Shown here one piece after another: positions 19,763 through 30,601 of a DNA stretch of 64,000 bases. Below the pieces are notes generated by a model that did not search any database, had not been told where the DNA came from, and worked only from the letters and a program-made list of their open reading frames with translations. Position 1 is the first letter of the stretch, and each line of letters begins with the position of its first letter. The DNA is from Escherichia coli (GTDB taxonomy: Bacteria > Pseudomonadota > Gammaproteobacteria > Enterobacterales > Enterobacteriaceae): assembly GCF_017348835.2 (NCBI RefSeq), contig NZ_CP071375.1; one strand, 5' to 3'. Both the position numbers and the translations under genes were made by a program.

Positions 19763-19863
19763 TAGTCTGGCGAAGATCATCCGATCTTCGCCTTACACTT
19801 TTGTTTCACATTCCTGTGACATACTATCGGATGTGCGGTAATTGTATGGAACAGGAGACACAC

Positions 19864-21318
19864 ATGAATAATAAGGGCTCCGGTCTGACCCCAGCTCAGG
19901 CACTGGATAAACTCGACGCGCTGTATGAGCAATCTGTAGTCGCTTTACGCAACGCCATTGGCAAATATATTACAAGTGGCGAATTACCTGATGAAAACGC
20001 CCGCAAACAAGGTCTTTTTGTCTATCCATCACTGACCGTAACCTGGGACGGTAGCACAACCAATCCCCCCAAAACGCGCGCATTTGGACGTTTTACTCAC
20101 GCAGGCAGCTACACCACCACGATTACTCGCCCTACTCTCTTTCGTTCGTATCTTAATGAACAACTTACGTTGCTGTATCAGGATTATGGTGCGCATATCT
20201 CTGTGCAACCCTCGCAGCATGAAATCCCTTATCCTTATGTCATCGATGGCTCTGAATTGACACTTGATCGCTCAATGAGCGCTGGGTTAACTCGCTACTT
20301 CCCGACAACAGAACTGGCGCAAATTGGCGATGAAACTGCAGACGGCATTTATCATCCAACTGAATTCTCCCCGCTATCGCATTTTGATGCGCGCCGCGTC
20401 GATTTTTCCCTCGCACGGTTGCGCCATTATACCGGTACGCCAGTTGAACATTTTCAGCCGTTCGTCTTGTTTACCAACTACACACGTTATGTGGATGAAT
20501 TCGTTCGTTGGGGATGCAGCCAGATCCTCGATCCTGATAGTCCCTACATTGCCCTTTCTTGTGCTGGCGGGAACTGGATCACCGCCGAAACCGAAGCGCC
20601 AGAAGAAGCCATTTCCGACCTTGCATGGAAAAAACATCAGATGCCAGCATGGCATTTAATTACCGCCGATGGTCAGGGTATTACTCTGGTGAATATTGGC
20701 GTGGGACCGTCAAATGCTAAAACCATCTGCGATCATCTGGCAGTGCTACGCCCGGATGTCTGGTTGATGATTGGTCACTGTGGCGGATTACGTGAAAGTC
20801 AGGCCATTGGCGATTATGTACTTGCACACGCTTATTTACGCGATGACCACGTTCTTGATGCGGTTCTGCCGCCCGATATTCCTATTCCGAGCATTGCTGA
20901 AGTGCAACGTGCGCTTTATGACGCCACCAAGCTGGTGAGCGGCAGGCCCGGTGAGGAAGTCAAACAGCGGCTGCGTACAGGTACTGTGGTAACCACAGAT
21001 GACAGGAACTGGGAATTACGTTACTCAGCTTCTGCACTTCGTTTTAACTTAAGCCGGGCCGTAGCAATTGATATGGAAAGTGCAACCATTGCCGCGCAAG
21101 GATATCGTTTCCGCGTGCCATACGGGACACTACTGTGTGTTTCAGATAAACCATTACATGGTGAGATTAAACTTCCCGGTCAGGCTAACCGTTTTTATGA
21201 AGGCGCTATTTCCGAACACCTACAAATTGGCATTCGGGCGATCGATTTGCTGCGCGCAGAAGGCGACCGACTGCATTCGCGTAAATTACGAACCTTTAAT
21301 GAGCCGCCGTTCCGATAA
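19864..21318 (+). CDS. amn: AMP nucleosidase
   Basis: 484 aa from ATG at 19864 (MNNKGSGLTPAQALDKL...); the ORF-track call from 19708 is an upstream extension. Confidence 0.9.
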   Translation: MNNKGSGLTPAQALDKLDALYEQSVVALRNAIGKYITSGELPDENARKQGLFVYPSLTVTWDGSTTNPPKTRAFGRFTHAGSYTTTITRPTLFRSYLNEQLTLLYQDYGAHISVQPSQHEIPYPYVIDGSELTLDRSMSAGLTRYFPTTELAQIGDETADGIYHPTEFSPLSHFDARRVDFSLARLRHYTGTPVEHFQPFVLFTNYTRYVDEFVRWGCSQILDPDSPYIALSCAGGNWITAETEAPEEAISDLAWKKHQMPAWHLITADGQGITLVNIGVGPSNAKTICDHLAVLRPDVWLMIGHCGGLRESQAIGDYVLAHAYLRDDHVLDAVLPPDIPIPSIAEVQRALYDATKLVSGRPGEEVKQRLRTGTVVTTDDRNWELRYSASALRFNLSRAVAIDMESATIAAQGYRFRVPYGTLLCVSDKPLHGEIKLPGQANRFYEGAISEHLQIGIRAIDLLRAEGDRLHSRKLRTFNEPPFR

Positions 21319-21660
21319 TAAGTTCTGAACCTTCTTCTCAGAAAAAGATGTGAAGAATTAAGTAAGACATCTGGCAAATAGTCCGCAATAAACGCGGGCT
21401 GTTTGCTTCCTTGGGCGGATACGAGTTTTATTATAACCTTAATGATTTTCACATATTAAAAGCAAGTATGCTTTCAAAACACAATTATAAAAAATTCCGC
21501 CAACAATATAAGTTTTTATAAAATTAAATATAAGATTATGACTTTAGAATATTTTTATTTCTAATAGACGAGATTTTTCCTGTTATGATATAATATGTCG
21601 AATTAACACATGTTAACGATTTACCAGTAATGTAAATAAATTTTCGAGGAGATCATTCCA

Positions 21661-22377
21661 GTGGGACGTAAATGGGCCAATATTGTTGCTAAAAAAACGG
21701 CTAAAGACGGTGCAACGTCTAAAATTTATGCAAAATTCGGTGTAGAAATCTATGCTGCTGCCAAACAAGGTGAACCCGATCCAGAATTAAACACATCTTT
21801 AAAATTCGTTATTGAACGTGCAAAGCAGGCACAAGTTCCAAAACACGTTATTGATAAAGCAATTGATAAAGCCAAAGGCGGCGGAGATGAAACGTTCGTG
21901 CAGGGACGTTATGAAGGCTTTGGTCCTAATGGCTCAATGATTATCGCCGAGACATTGACTTCAAATGTTAACCGTACGATTGCTAACGTTCGCACAATTT
22001 TCAATAAAAAAGGCGGCAATATCGGAGCGGCAGGTTCTGTCAGCTATATGTTTGACAATACGGGTGTGATTGTATTTAAAGGATCAGACCCTGACCATAT
22101 TTTTGAAATTTTACTTGAAGCTGAAGTTGATGTTCGTGATGTGACTGAAGAAGAAGGTAACATTGTTATTTATACTGAACCTACTGACCTTCATAAAGGA
22201 ATCGCGGCTCTAAAAGCAGCTGGAATCACTGAGTTCTCAACAACAGAATTAGAAATGATTGCTCAATCAGAAGTTGAGCTTTCCCCAGAAGATTTAGAAA
22301 TCTTTGAAGGGCTTGTTGATGCCCTTGAAGATGACGACGATGTACAAAAAGTTTATCATAACGTCGCAAATCTCTAA
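21661..22377 (+). CDS. yeeN: YebC/PmpR-family transcriptional regulator
   Basis: 238 aa, GTG start; YebC-family sequence. Confidence 0.85.
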   Translation: MGRKWANIVAKKTAKDGATSKIYAKFGVEIYAAAKQGEPDPELNTSLKFVIERAKQAQVPKHVIDKAIDKAKGGGDETFVQGRYEGFGPNGSMIIAETLTSNVNRTIANVRTIFNKKGGNIGAAGSVSYMFDNTGVIVFKGSDPDHIFEILLEAEVDVRDVTEEEGNIVIYTEPTDLHKGIAALKAAGITEFSTTELEMIAQSEVELSPEDLEIFEGLVDALEDDDDVQKVYHNVANL

Positions 22378-22387
22378 TTATATGTTA

Positions 22388-22421
22388 AAGAAATCTGTCT
22401 TTATGGCAGATTTCTTTAATC
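22388..22421 (+). terminator. Intrinsic terminator after yeeN
   Basis: Stem aaagaaatctg/cagatttcttt followed by a T-rich tract. Confidence 0.5.
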
Positions 22422-22831
22422 TCATATAATCCTTATAAAAAATATAATGTTTAACTCGTCATATTGCTTATAAAAATCCCCGTTCCCAGAGAAATAATAT
22501 TTATTAAAATGGCAGGTCTTCTTTTTCTGATTACCGAAGACAAAGTGGCAATTACGTATAGTTTCCCGATAAAGACGCGACAGCTACATCCCGCATAAGG
22601 CATTTTTCTCTTTATCTTTGTACGGTACTTCATGGAACAGAATTTTTGACCTTGTGAATCGTGATGTCTGTTGGGGAGGGGCAATTTGCTCACTGAAGCG
22701 TGAGACTCGATTAAGCGCACGAAACACAGAAATCAAAAAACCCGGTCACTTTTTTACAAAGTGACCGGGTAAAAATAATTTTTATTTTTTAACTGCCTTG
22801 AGACTCATAGAGATGTCTCAAAACTAAAATT

Positions 22832-22907
22832 TGGCTCCTCTGACTGGACTCGAACCAGTGACATACGGATTAACAGTCCGCCGTTCTACCGACTGAACTA
22901 CAGAGGA
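22832..22907 (-). tRNA. asnW: tRNA-Asn (GUU)
   Basis: Reverse complement reads TCCTCTGTAGTTCAGTCGGTAGAACGGCGGACTGTTAATCCGTATGTCACTGGTTCGAGTCCAGTCAGAGGAGCCA. Confidence 0.95.
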
Positions 22908-24294
22908 ATCGTGAGAACGAGGCGAATATTAGCGATGCCCACCCACAATGTCAAAGCCTGTTTTTTAAATTTGAAATCGTTTGCTGAAATAATCTGCATT
23001 TTGTCGTTTATTCCGACACAACTGGCTTTTTTTCACACTTTTGCGGCTCGGATCGAGGGTATTTCCATAGCCAACGTCCAGTAACCATTCGCCAGTAAAA
23101 CAGCACGGCCCGCACAGCCCAGTCGGCAAACATTCCCATCCAGACACCAACCACACCCCAGCCAAGCATGATTCCCAGCACATAACCGACTACAACCCGA
23201 CAACCCCACATGCTCAACATCGAAACCCACATGGCGTAACGGGCATCACGAGCACCTTTAAATCCAGCGGGTAGCACCCATGAGGCGGACCAAATAGGCA
23301 TAAATAAAGCATTTAGCCAAATCAGAATCACAACGACATGTTTAACCTGTGGATCCTGGGTGTAAAACGATGCCATAAGCCCGGCAAAGGGAGCCGTTAG
23401 CCAGGCGATGGCCGTTAATCCAAGAGTGGACAGCCAGAACACATGCCGCAACTGAATCTCTGCTTGCGCTATCTGCCCTACCCCCAACCTTCGGCCTGTA
23501 ATGATCGTAGAAGCAGAGCCGAGCGCACTTCCGGGTAAGTTGATAAGAGCCGCAATTGAAAACGCGATAAAATTTCCGGCAATAACACTGGTCCCCATCC
23601 CGGCAACGAACATTTGGGTTAATAACCGACCACTGGTAAATAACACTGATTCGACACTCGCTGGAATACCAATCCCCATGACTTCCCAGATAATGCTAAA
23701 ATTCAGCGGTTTAAAATAGCTCTTTAACGAAATCCTTAGCGCAGGATTAAAACCAATCGCCAGCACCCACAAAATTGCAACTGCGCCAATATAACGAGAA
23801 ATGGTTAAACCCAACCCAGCCCCGACAAATCCCAGTCCCGGCCAGGAGAAAAGGCCGTAAATCAATATGCCGCTAATAATAATATTAAGAATATTCAGGC
23901 TACCGTTAATCAGTAGCGGTATTTTCGTATTCCCTGCACCACGAAGTGCCCCGCTACCAATCAAAGTGATGGCAGCTGCTGGATAACTGAGTACCGTCAG
24001 CTCCAGATAAGTCAACGCCAGTGCTTTAACTTCTGTCGTGGCATCACCCGCAACGAAATCAATAATTTGTTCGCCAAAATGATGAATAAGCGTTGCCAAC
24101 AGTACGGCAAACAAAGTCATGATCACCAATGACTGCCGCGTCGCCACCCTCGCTCGTCGTCGATCCCGCTTACCGAGACTAAATGCCACAACGACAGTAG
24201 TACCAAGATCGATAGCAGCAAAAAAAGCCATAATGACCATATTGAAGCTGTCTGAACCGCCCCGGGTTTCCTGGAGAGTGTTTTATCTGTGAAC

Positions 24295-25182
24295 TCAGGC
24301 TGCCAGATCATTATTTCCGATGGAAGCATAATAAGCTTTTTCTGCTTCTGCCGGAGGAATATGGCCCAGCCTTTCCAGCAATCGTCGATTGTTATACCAG
24401 TCCACCCACGTTAGTGTGGCCAGTTCCACTTCTGTCCGGTTTTTCCAGCTCTTACGGTGTATTACCTCCGCTTTGTAAAGACCATTGATGCTCTCAGCCA
24501 TCGCGTTGTCATACGAGTCGCCAGTACTCCCTGTTGATGCCAGTAATCCGGCTTCCTTAAGCCGCTGCGTGTAGGCCAGCGATACATACTGAGAACCTTT
24601 ATCACTGTGATGGATTGTGCCGGACGGCCGACGGGCCCACAACGCCTGCTCCAGTGCATCCAGCACGAATGTTGTTTCCATGGATGATGAGACCTGCCAT
24701 CCCACGATGTATCCGGCGAACACATCAATGATGAACGCCACATAAACGAAGCCCTGCCATGTGCTTACCCAGGTAAAATCAGCCACCCACAACTGGTCTG
24801 GACGTTCTGCCACGAACTGACGGTTTACGCGGTCGCATGCGGCAACGGCTTTCCGGCTGACGGTAGTGCGGACCTTTTTACCCCGGAGAACACCGGCAAG
24901 TCCCATAACTGCCATGAGACGTGCCACAGTGCATCTGGCCACTCTGATACCTTCCCGTAACAACTGACGCCAGACTTTACGCACACCGTATACCTGGTGA
25001 TTTTCATCGTATACGCGCTGTATCTCTTTCTTCAGCCAGTCATCGTGCTGCGCACGGGCACTGCGTTTATCCGGATGATGTCGCTGTTGCTGACAATGGT
25101 AATACGTTGACGGGGCAATATGCAGTTCGCTGCATACCGGTCCGACCCCGTACTGCTCACGCAGCTTATCCAGCAGTGGCAT
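24295..25182 (-). CDS. IS3-family transposase OrfB
   Basis: 295 aa, near-identical to 12141-13028. Confidence 0.85.
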   Translation of the reverse strand: MPLLDKLREQYGVGPVCSELHIAPSTYYHCQQQRHHPDKRSARAQHDDWLKKEIQRVYDENHQVYGVRKVWRQLLREGIRVARCTVARLMAVMGLAGVLRGKKVRTTVSRKAVAACDRVNRQFVAERPDQLWVADFTWVSTWQGFVYVAFIIDVFAGYIVGWQVSSSMETTFVLDALEQALWARRPSGTIHHSDKGSQYVSLAYTQRLKEAGLLASTGSTGDSYDNAMAESINGLYKAEVIHRKSWKNRTEVELATLTWVDWYNNRRLLERLGHIPPAEAEKAYYASIGNNDLAA

Positions 25183-25508
25183 TATTTTTTCCAGAGGCGG
25201 TCGAACTCCGCCTTCGCAAAATAAGCGGAAGCCTGGCGAAGGATATCGTTACTGCGGCGCAGTTCACGATTTTCACGTTCCAGCTCTTTCAGACGCTGAC
25301 GTTCAGCGGTGGTGAGTCCACCATCACCACTCCCGGTATCCCGCTCATGCTGGCGAACCCAGACACGCAGAGTCTCCGGCGTACAGCCAATCTTTGGGGC
25401 AATGGAACAAATTGCCGCCCACTGTGAGTCATATTCATCCTGACTTTCCAGAACCATACGAATCGCCCGCTGACGGACTTCGGGGGAAAAACGAGTATTT
25501 TTAGTCAT
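25182..25508 (-). CDS. IS3-family transposase OrfA
   Basis: 108 aa, identical to 11815-12141 product. Confidence 0.85.
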   Translation of the reverse strand: MTKNTRFSPEVRQRAIRMVLESQDEYDSQWAAICSIAPKIGCTPETLRVWVRQHERDTGSGDGGLTTAERQRLKELERENRELRRSNDILRQASAYFAKAEFDRLWKK

Positions 25509-25968
25509 CCTGTTTACCTCTTTCTCAGGGAGTTTAGTCTCCAGGATTTCCGGGGCGGTTCAGTCCGCCAATCCCACGCCGGCCATCGCATCTTTTCCCA
25601 GCCAACTGACCAGAAAAGTGCTCAGGACACCCATCAGCAGGACACAGGCATTCTCCATGTAGATAGGAACAGCAAGCGGGGTTATCTCGCGCCAGAACAA
25701 CACTTTGTAACTCTTGCGTTTGGCGTGCCAGCGAGTGCCGTGAACAACCTGGCGTAAAGCAGAGGAGATATTCAAAGCCGACCTTAATTGCAGAAAGTGA
25801 AACCACATTTCAAATGATGAGGGAGAATCAGCAAAGCTGCAAAGATTTTCGCCAACAAATTGTCTGCAAATGCAACAAACTGTTGATAGAAACGGCAAAC
25901 AGTTGGGAAATTTAAAAATCGGGTTTGACAAAAGATTTTTCGCCGTTAAGATGTGCCTCAACAGCGAT

Positions 25969-26044
25969 TCCTCTGTAGTTCAGTCGGTAGAACGGCGGAC
26001 TGTTAATCCGTATGTCACTGGTTCGAGTCCAGTCAGAGGAGCCA
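25969..26044 (+). tRNA. asnU: tRNA-Asn (GUU)
   Basis: 76-nt sequence identical to the other Asn tRNA copies; ends in CCA. Confidence 0.95.
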
Positions 26045-26053
26045 AATTTCTGA

Positions 26054-26080
26054 AAAGCCCGCTTTTATAGCGGGCTTTTG
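26054..26080. terminator. Hairpin terminator between asnU and the 3-prime end of cbl
   Basis: Stem agcccgc/gcgggct with T-run. Confidence 0.55.
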
Positions 26081-27031
26081 CTATATCTGATAATCAATTT
26101 CCTCTTCACTGTTTTCCATCACCTGCCGCTTGATATCCTCAACTGACAGTCCTGCATTACAAAGTTCCAGAAAGCGCCAGACATAGTTACGCTGAAGTTG
26201 TCCTCGCTTCAGTCCCAACCAGACAGTATTAGCATCGAAAAGATGCCGCGTATCCAGACGGATTAAATTCTCTTCCTCTTGTTCGCCGCTGGATTGTTCG
26301 GCAACTAATCCGATCCCAAGCCCAAGAGCAACATAGGTTTTAATGACATCAGAATCCTGCGCACTTAATACAATATCTGCCAGCAAACCTTTGCGGGCAA
26401 ATGCGTCATCAATGCGTGAGCGCCCCGTAATACCCTGTCGGTAAGTGATTAACGGCCACTTCGCTATTGATTCCAGCGTCAATGGTGTAATTTGCGTCAA
26501 CGGATGATCGAGTGGAACAAGCAAACTATGGTGCCAACGAAACCACGGGAAGGCGACGAGCTGCGGGTCATTACTCAAACGCTCGCTGGCGATACCAATA
26601 TCAGCTTCGCCATTTTGCAACAACGTCGCAATTTCCTGTGGCGTCCCCTGGATTAGCTCGAGCCGAACCTCCGGGAAAAGTTCGCGAAAAGCTTTAATGA
26701 CCCCTGGCAAGCTATAACGCGCCTGAGTATGCGTCGTTGCAATAGTGAGAACGCCAGACGTATCGTTGGTAAACAGGTCTGCAAGCCGACGAACATTACT
26801 GGCTTCATTCAGAATACGTTCTGCAATGACCAGTAATGCTTTGCCCGGTTCAGTCATGCCCAGCAGTCGCTTACCTCGTCGAACAAATATTTCGATGCCA
26901 AGTTCATCCTCCAGTTCCCGAATATGACGGCTGACGCCTGACTGTGAGGTAAAAAGCATATTCGCAACCTCTGTCAGGTTGTAATCCTGACGTGCAGCTT
27001 CGCGGATTATCTTTAGTTGTTGGAAATTCAC
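26081..27031 (-). CDS. cbl: LysR-family regulator of sulfonate-sulfur utilisation
   Basis: 316-aa LysR-type protein in the conserved cbl-nac arrangement. Confidence 0.85.
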   Translation of the reverse strand: MNFQQLKIIREAARQDYNLTEVANMLFTSQSGVSRHIRELEDELGIEIFVRRGKRLLGMTEPGKALLVIAERILNEASNVRRLADLFTNDTSGVLTIATTHTQARYSLPGVIKAFRELFPEVRLELIQGTPQEIATLLQNGEADIGIASERLSNDPQLVAFPWFRWHHSLLVPLDHPLTQITPLTLESIAKWPLITYRQGITGRSRIDDAFARKGLLADIVLSAQDSDVIKTYVALGLGIGLVAEQSSGEQEEENLIRLDTRHLFDANTVWLGLKRGQLQRNYVWRFLELCNAGLSVEDIKRQVMENSEEEIDYQI

Positions 27032-27132
27032 GGTAAACTCCGGGCAGTTCAGATATCCCGTTATTGTTAAAGTCTAACGCCCGGCATAACAAATAATAAA
27101 AACCCGCATCTTATTCCATCCCGATATAACGC

Positions 27133-28050
27133 TTAGCTCACCAATTGCCACTGCCTTTTTTCCATCACTGGAGAACTAATCACTGACATTAACAACTCTT
27201 TCACTGCCTGTGCCTGTGGCGATAAGTTCGCTCTGGCGGGTAAATTTAATGACAAAGAGAGACTCATGGAAGGCGTGGTAATACGTGACATCCACCCATT
27301 TACTGCGCCACATAACGAACGCGCGGCCGATTCGGGTAATACAGCAACGCCCATGCCGCTGGCAATCGCTGCGGTAAGCGTGGCAATAGACTCAATTTCA
27401 CCAATGACTTTTGCCGTGAGCCGCCGTAGGGAAAAAGCCTCATCAACACGAAGTCTAACAGCACTGTAATCACTGGGGAGAAAGAGGTTCATTTGCGCAA
27501 TAGCATTAACATCAACGCTTTGCCCCGGACAATCTTGAGTTCCTACCAGGAAAAGATCTTCTTTCAGCAAAGCCTGACTGGATACCCCAGCAACAGGAGA
27601 ATGCTCATAAATCACCGCCATATCGAGTTGATGATTTATCAGTTTTTCGTTAAGTACTGCACCGCTATTTTCATGAAGATAGATAACGACCTCCGGGAAT
27701 TCAGCGCGAACCGCCTGTAATAAGGGCATGGTGATGGATGACGCAGCGGTTCCTGGCGCAAAGCCAATCGAGACTTGCCCCGATAATGCCTGACCAACGT
27801 TATGCACCGCCAGTTGGGCCTGCTCACACTGACGTAAAATGGCCCGCGCATGGGTATAGAGAATTTTTCCGGCGTCTGTTGGCGTAACGCCCCGTTTTGT
27901 GCGAATCAAAAGTTGTTGATTTAACTCACCTTCCAGTGTGGCAACCTGCTGGCTGAGCGCTGGTTGTGCGATATGCAATACTTCAGCAGCCTGGGTCAGG
28001 CTACCAATATCTACAATTTTTACGAAGTATTTCAGGCGTCTGAAGTTCAT
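27133..28050 (-). CDS. nac: Nitrogen assimilation control LysR-family regulator
   Basis: Begins MNFRRLKYFVKIVDIGSLTQAAE at the internal ATG (305 aa). Confidence 0.85.
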   Translation of the reverse strand: MNFRRLKYFVKIVDIGSLTQAAEVLHIAQPALSQQVATLEGELNQQLLIRTKRGVTPTDAGKILYTHARAILRQCEQAQLAVHNVGQALSGQVSIGFAPGTAASSITMPLLQAVRAEFPEVVIYLHENSGAVLNEKLINHQLDMAVIYEHSPVAGVSSQALLKEDLFLVGTQDCPGQSVDVNAIAQMNLFLPSDYSAVRLRVDEAFSLRRLTAKVIGEIESIATLTAAIASGMGVAVLPESAARSLCGAVNGWMSRITTPSMSLSLSLNLPARANLSPQAQAVKELLMSVISSPVMEKRQWQLVS

Positions 28051-28375
28051 GTTGCCTCCGGTTTTTAAGAATCGGCCCAAGTGCCGCCATTACTTACAAC
28101 CAGATTGCAAGATGCTTGCCAGTTTTATTGTGGCGTTGATGTACAAGCTAACCAACTGTCAAATAAGAGATTATGATAGATTCGTCATTGGTTCTTTTTA
28201 TCAGCAGTCGCGTTCCCCTGCCCCATAAAAGGAGAGTATGCACCACGATGGTTCATAACCAAAAAGATTGAAAGCTCACCACTTTGTTGAAATTGACAGC
28301 AAACAAACAAAAAAATGCATTTCACCCTTTGACATCACCATGCACTGCCATTAATATGCGCCCCGTTCACACGAT

Positions 28376-28451
28376 TCCTCTGTAGTTCAGTCGGTAGAAC
28401 GGCGGACTGTTAATCCGTATGTCACTGGTTCGAGTCCAGTCAGAGGAGCCA
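28376..28451 (+). tRNA. asnV: tRNA-Asn (GUU)
   Basis: Third identical 76-nt Asn tRNA copy, with a downstream hairpin terminator. Confidence 0.95.
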
Positions 28452-28456
28452 AATTC

Positions 28457-28486
28457 AAAAAAGCCTGCTTTCTAGCAGGCTTTTTG
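28457..28486 (+). terminator. asnV terminator
   Basis: Stem gcctgc/gcaggc with T-run. Confidence 0.55.
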
Positions 28487-28509
28487 CTTTCTAATTACCA
28501 ACTCTTTGG

Positions 28510-29070
28510 TCATTCCAGATCAGCGTGTCGGGTAAACATTGTGGCACTGCTTTCACCCAGTTCCGACATCAACTGCAGAACAATTGCATCATAAGTAATA
28601 AAGCAGAGTTGCTCAAAAGCTGAGCCCATTGGTTGTGCGAAAGCGCCTGCAACACGATTGTTATCGTCTTTCACACTTCCTGGTAGTACCAACACAGATT
28701 GAGCTAATTTACCGATCGTCGAATCTGCTTTCATAGTTACCAGAGCTACGTTTACTCCGCTATCAACTGCTTTTTGTGCCAGACTTTTCAAACTGGTAGT
28801 TTCACCACTGCCTGACCCAATAATTAATAGATCTCCAGGTTGGGTATGCGGGGATGATATTTCTCCCACAACGCTTACTGAAAAACCTAAATGCAGCAAG
28901 CGATTAGCAAAAGCGCGAATAGCAATGCCACTGCGACCAGCTCCCTGCAAAAAAATATGCCGGGCATTTCTGATTTGCGAAATAAACTGTGCAGCCTGAG
29001 CATCGTCAATCTTCAGCGCATTACTCTCTAATTCATGCAGAATATTAATAGTATTTTCCTGAACACTCAT
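28510..29070 (-). CDS. SIS-domain sugar-phosphate isomerase (6-phospho-3-hexuloisomerase-like)
   Basis: 186 aa with SIS features (FLQGAGRSG...LLIIGSGSGET). Confidence 0.65.
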   Translation of the reverse strand: MSVQENTINILHELESNALKIDDAQAAQFISQIRNARHIFLQGAGRSGIAIRAFANRLLHLGFSVSVVGEISSPHTQPGDLLIIGSGSGETTSLKSLAQKAVDSGVNVALVTMKADSTIGKLAQSVLVLPGSVKDDNNRVAGAFAQPMGSAFEQLCFITYDAIVLQLMSELGESSATMFTRHADLE

Positions 29071-29084
29071 TTTTCTCTCCCTTT

Positions 29085-29837
29085 TTAAGCAATAGTCCGG
29101 CCACCATCCATTAAAATGGTTTGTCCCTGAATATAAGAGTTATCTTTATCTGCCAAAAATATTGCCAGGTTAGCCACATCATCGATAGTCCCCAGACGAC
29201 GGACGGGTATTTTTTCCAGGACAGCGTCTAAATCGGCTTGTGTTGGATAGTTGACCCGCATCATCTCTCCGGTGTCTATTAAGCGAGGAGCGATCGCATT
29301 AACATTGACGCCTTTTGGTCCTAACTCTTTTGCCAGCCCACGAATCAATCCTTCGCCTCCCGCTTTACTGGCAGGATAACTCACACCGCCCCCAGTCCCC
29401 GAAAGCGCTGATCCCGATGAGATATAAACAATAGATCCCTTATTTGTCAGGAAATCATCATAAAACGCCTTAACGGTATTAAACAAACCCGATAAGTTAA
29501 TTGCGATAGTCTTATTCCATTCCTCAAAAGAAATATTGTTAACTTTATTGGCAAATGCCACACCGGCATTTAATATCAACACATCAATGCGACCAAAGGT
29601 AGCAAATACCTTTTCCCGAACATCCACTAATGCCTGTGGATCGGAGACATCTGTTTTAACAAACAGCGATTTAACATCGCCAAAAGTTAACTCTGCTGCA
29701 GTGGCCTTGCCGTTCTCTTCGTTATAGTCAACAATAACAGTATGTGCACCACGATCAGCAAATTGTTTAGCTATCCCTTTGCCAATACCGTGAGCACCTC
29801 CGGTAACTAAAACCACTTTACCTGCAAAATTACTCAT
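29085..29837 (-). CDS. Short-chain dehydrogenase/reductase (SDR) family oxidoreductase
   Basis: 250 aa; N-terminal VTGGAHGIGKGIA dinucleotide-binding motif. Confidence 0.75.
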   Translation of the reverse strand: MSNFAGKVVLVTGGAHGIGKGIAKQFADRGAHTVIVDYNEENGKATAAELTFGDVKSLFVKTDVSDPQALVDVREKVFATFGRIDVLILNAGVAFANKVNNISFEEWNKTIAINLSGLFNTVKAFYDDFLTNKGSIVYISSGSALSGTGGGVSYPASKAGGEGLIRGLAKELGPKGVNVNAIAPRLIDTGEMMRVNYPTQADLDAVLEKIPVRRLGTIDDVANLAIFLADKDNSYIQGQTILMDGGRTIA

Positions 29838-29934
29838 TACTTTTCTCCATTAAAGATATTTTTTAGCTGAGGTTTTCCTCCCGATATGAAATCGAAAACC
29901 TCACTTAACTGGATGTGAAATTTTTAGATTGTGA

Positions 29935-30579
29935 TCACTGAACAGCGATTTTTAATGCCTGATAACTTTCACGAGGCTGTTTGTTAAATAAGGCACCACC
30001 AACAACAATAAGGTCAGCCCCTGCTTCTTTAACTTGTTTTACATTATCAAGATTAACGCCACCATCCACTTCAATTTGAATATCTCTGCCAGATATCATT
30101 TTTTTGGTATTACGGATTTTCTCCAGACTTTTATGAATAAATGTCTGGCCTGGTTGCCCTGGGTTAATTGTCATTAACAATATATAATCAATATCATCCA
30201 ATAAATATTCGATTACAGATTCAGGTGTCCCAGGATTAAGCACAACACCTGCTTTGCGACCCGCCTTTTTGATTTTTTGAATAATATAATGTACATGTGG
30301 CGTCGATTCATAATGTACAGAAATCATCTCCGCCCCGGTATTGATTACATCATCAATATGTCGCTCAGGATTTGCCAGCATCATGTGCACGTCAAAGATC
30401 ATCGAACTGGCTTTTTTCATTGCTGCTATTTGATTTGGGCCAAAGGCAATATTACTGACATAAGTGCCATCCATTAAATCAACGTGCAATATTTCGGTTT
30501 GTTCCTCTTCCAGAAAATGAATTTCATCTTTCAGGCGTAAAATATCCGCGCCAAATATAGAAGGTAATATTTTTGCCAT
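29935..30579 (-). CDS. Ribulose-phosphate 3-epimerase-family protein (SgcE/AlsE-like)
   Basis: 214 aa with Rpe-family features. Confidence 0.7.
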   Translation of the reverse strand: MAKILPSIFGADILRLKDEIHFLEEEQTEILHVDLMDGTYVSNIAFGPNQIAAMKKASSMIFDVHMMLANPERHIDDVINTGAEMISVHYESTPHVHYIIQKIKKAGRKAGVVLNPGTPESVIEYLLDDIDYILLMTINPGQPGQTFIHKSLEKIRNTKKMISGRDIQIEVDGGVNLDNVKQVKEAGADLIVVGGALFNKQPRESYQALKIAVQ

Positions 30580-30601
30580 GTTAAAACTCCAGAATATTAA
30601 A

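Larger units (their letters stand above)
24253..25562 (-). mobile_element. IS3-family insertion sequence, IS629/IS1203-like, copy 2 (inverted relative to copy 1)
   Basis: Same terminal sequences as copy 1 and near-identical ORFs (one S/G difference in OrfB); flanked by GTC on both sides (24250-24252 and 25563-25565). Boundaries follow the ORF-track frame. Confidence 0.85.
23008..25808 (-). pseudogene. yeeO: MATE-family efflux transporter gene interrupted by an IS3-family insertion
   Basis: 410-aa 3-prime part (23008-24240) and an N-terminal part ending at the IS boundary (25563 onward), separated by the 1310-bp IS with GTC duplication. The start near 25808 is estimated. Confidence 0.7.

Noticed and set aside
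19708-19863. Upstream extension of amn in the ORF track
   Set aside because: The conserved AMP nucleosidase N-terminus begins at ATG 19864, and the extension overlaps the end of shiA.
25501-25562. Apparent one-base disagreement between my hand reading of row 25501 and the ORF-track frame for IS copy 2
   Set aside because: The track's frames for the OrfA start at 25508 and the adjacent ORF stop at 25560 are mutually consistent, so I treated this as my transcription error and used track-consistent coordinates, with about 1 bp uncertainty on the IS end.
11761-25562. An inversion between the two inverted IS629-like copies having already occurred
   Set aside because: Copy 2 retains identical GTC flanks and the intervening gene order matches the usual backbone orientation.
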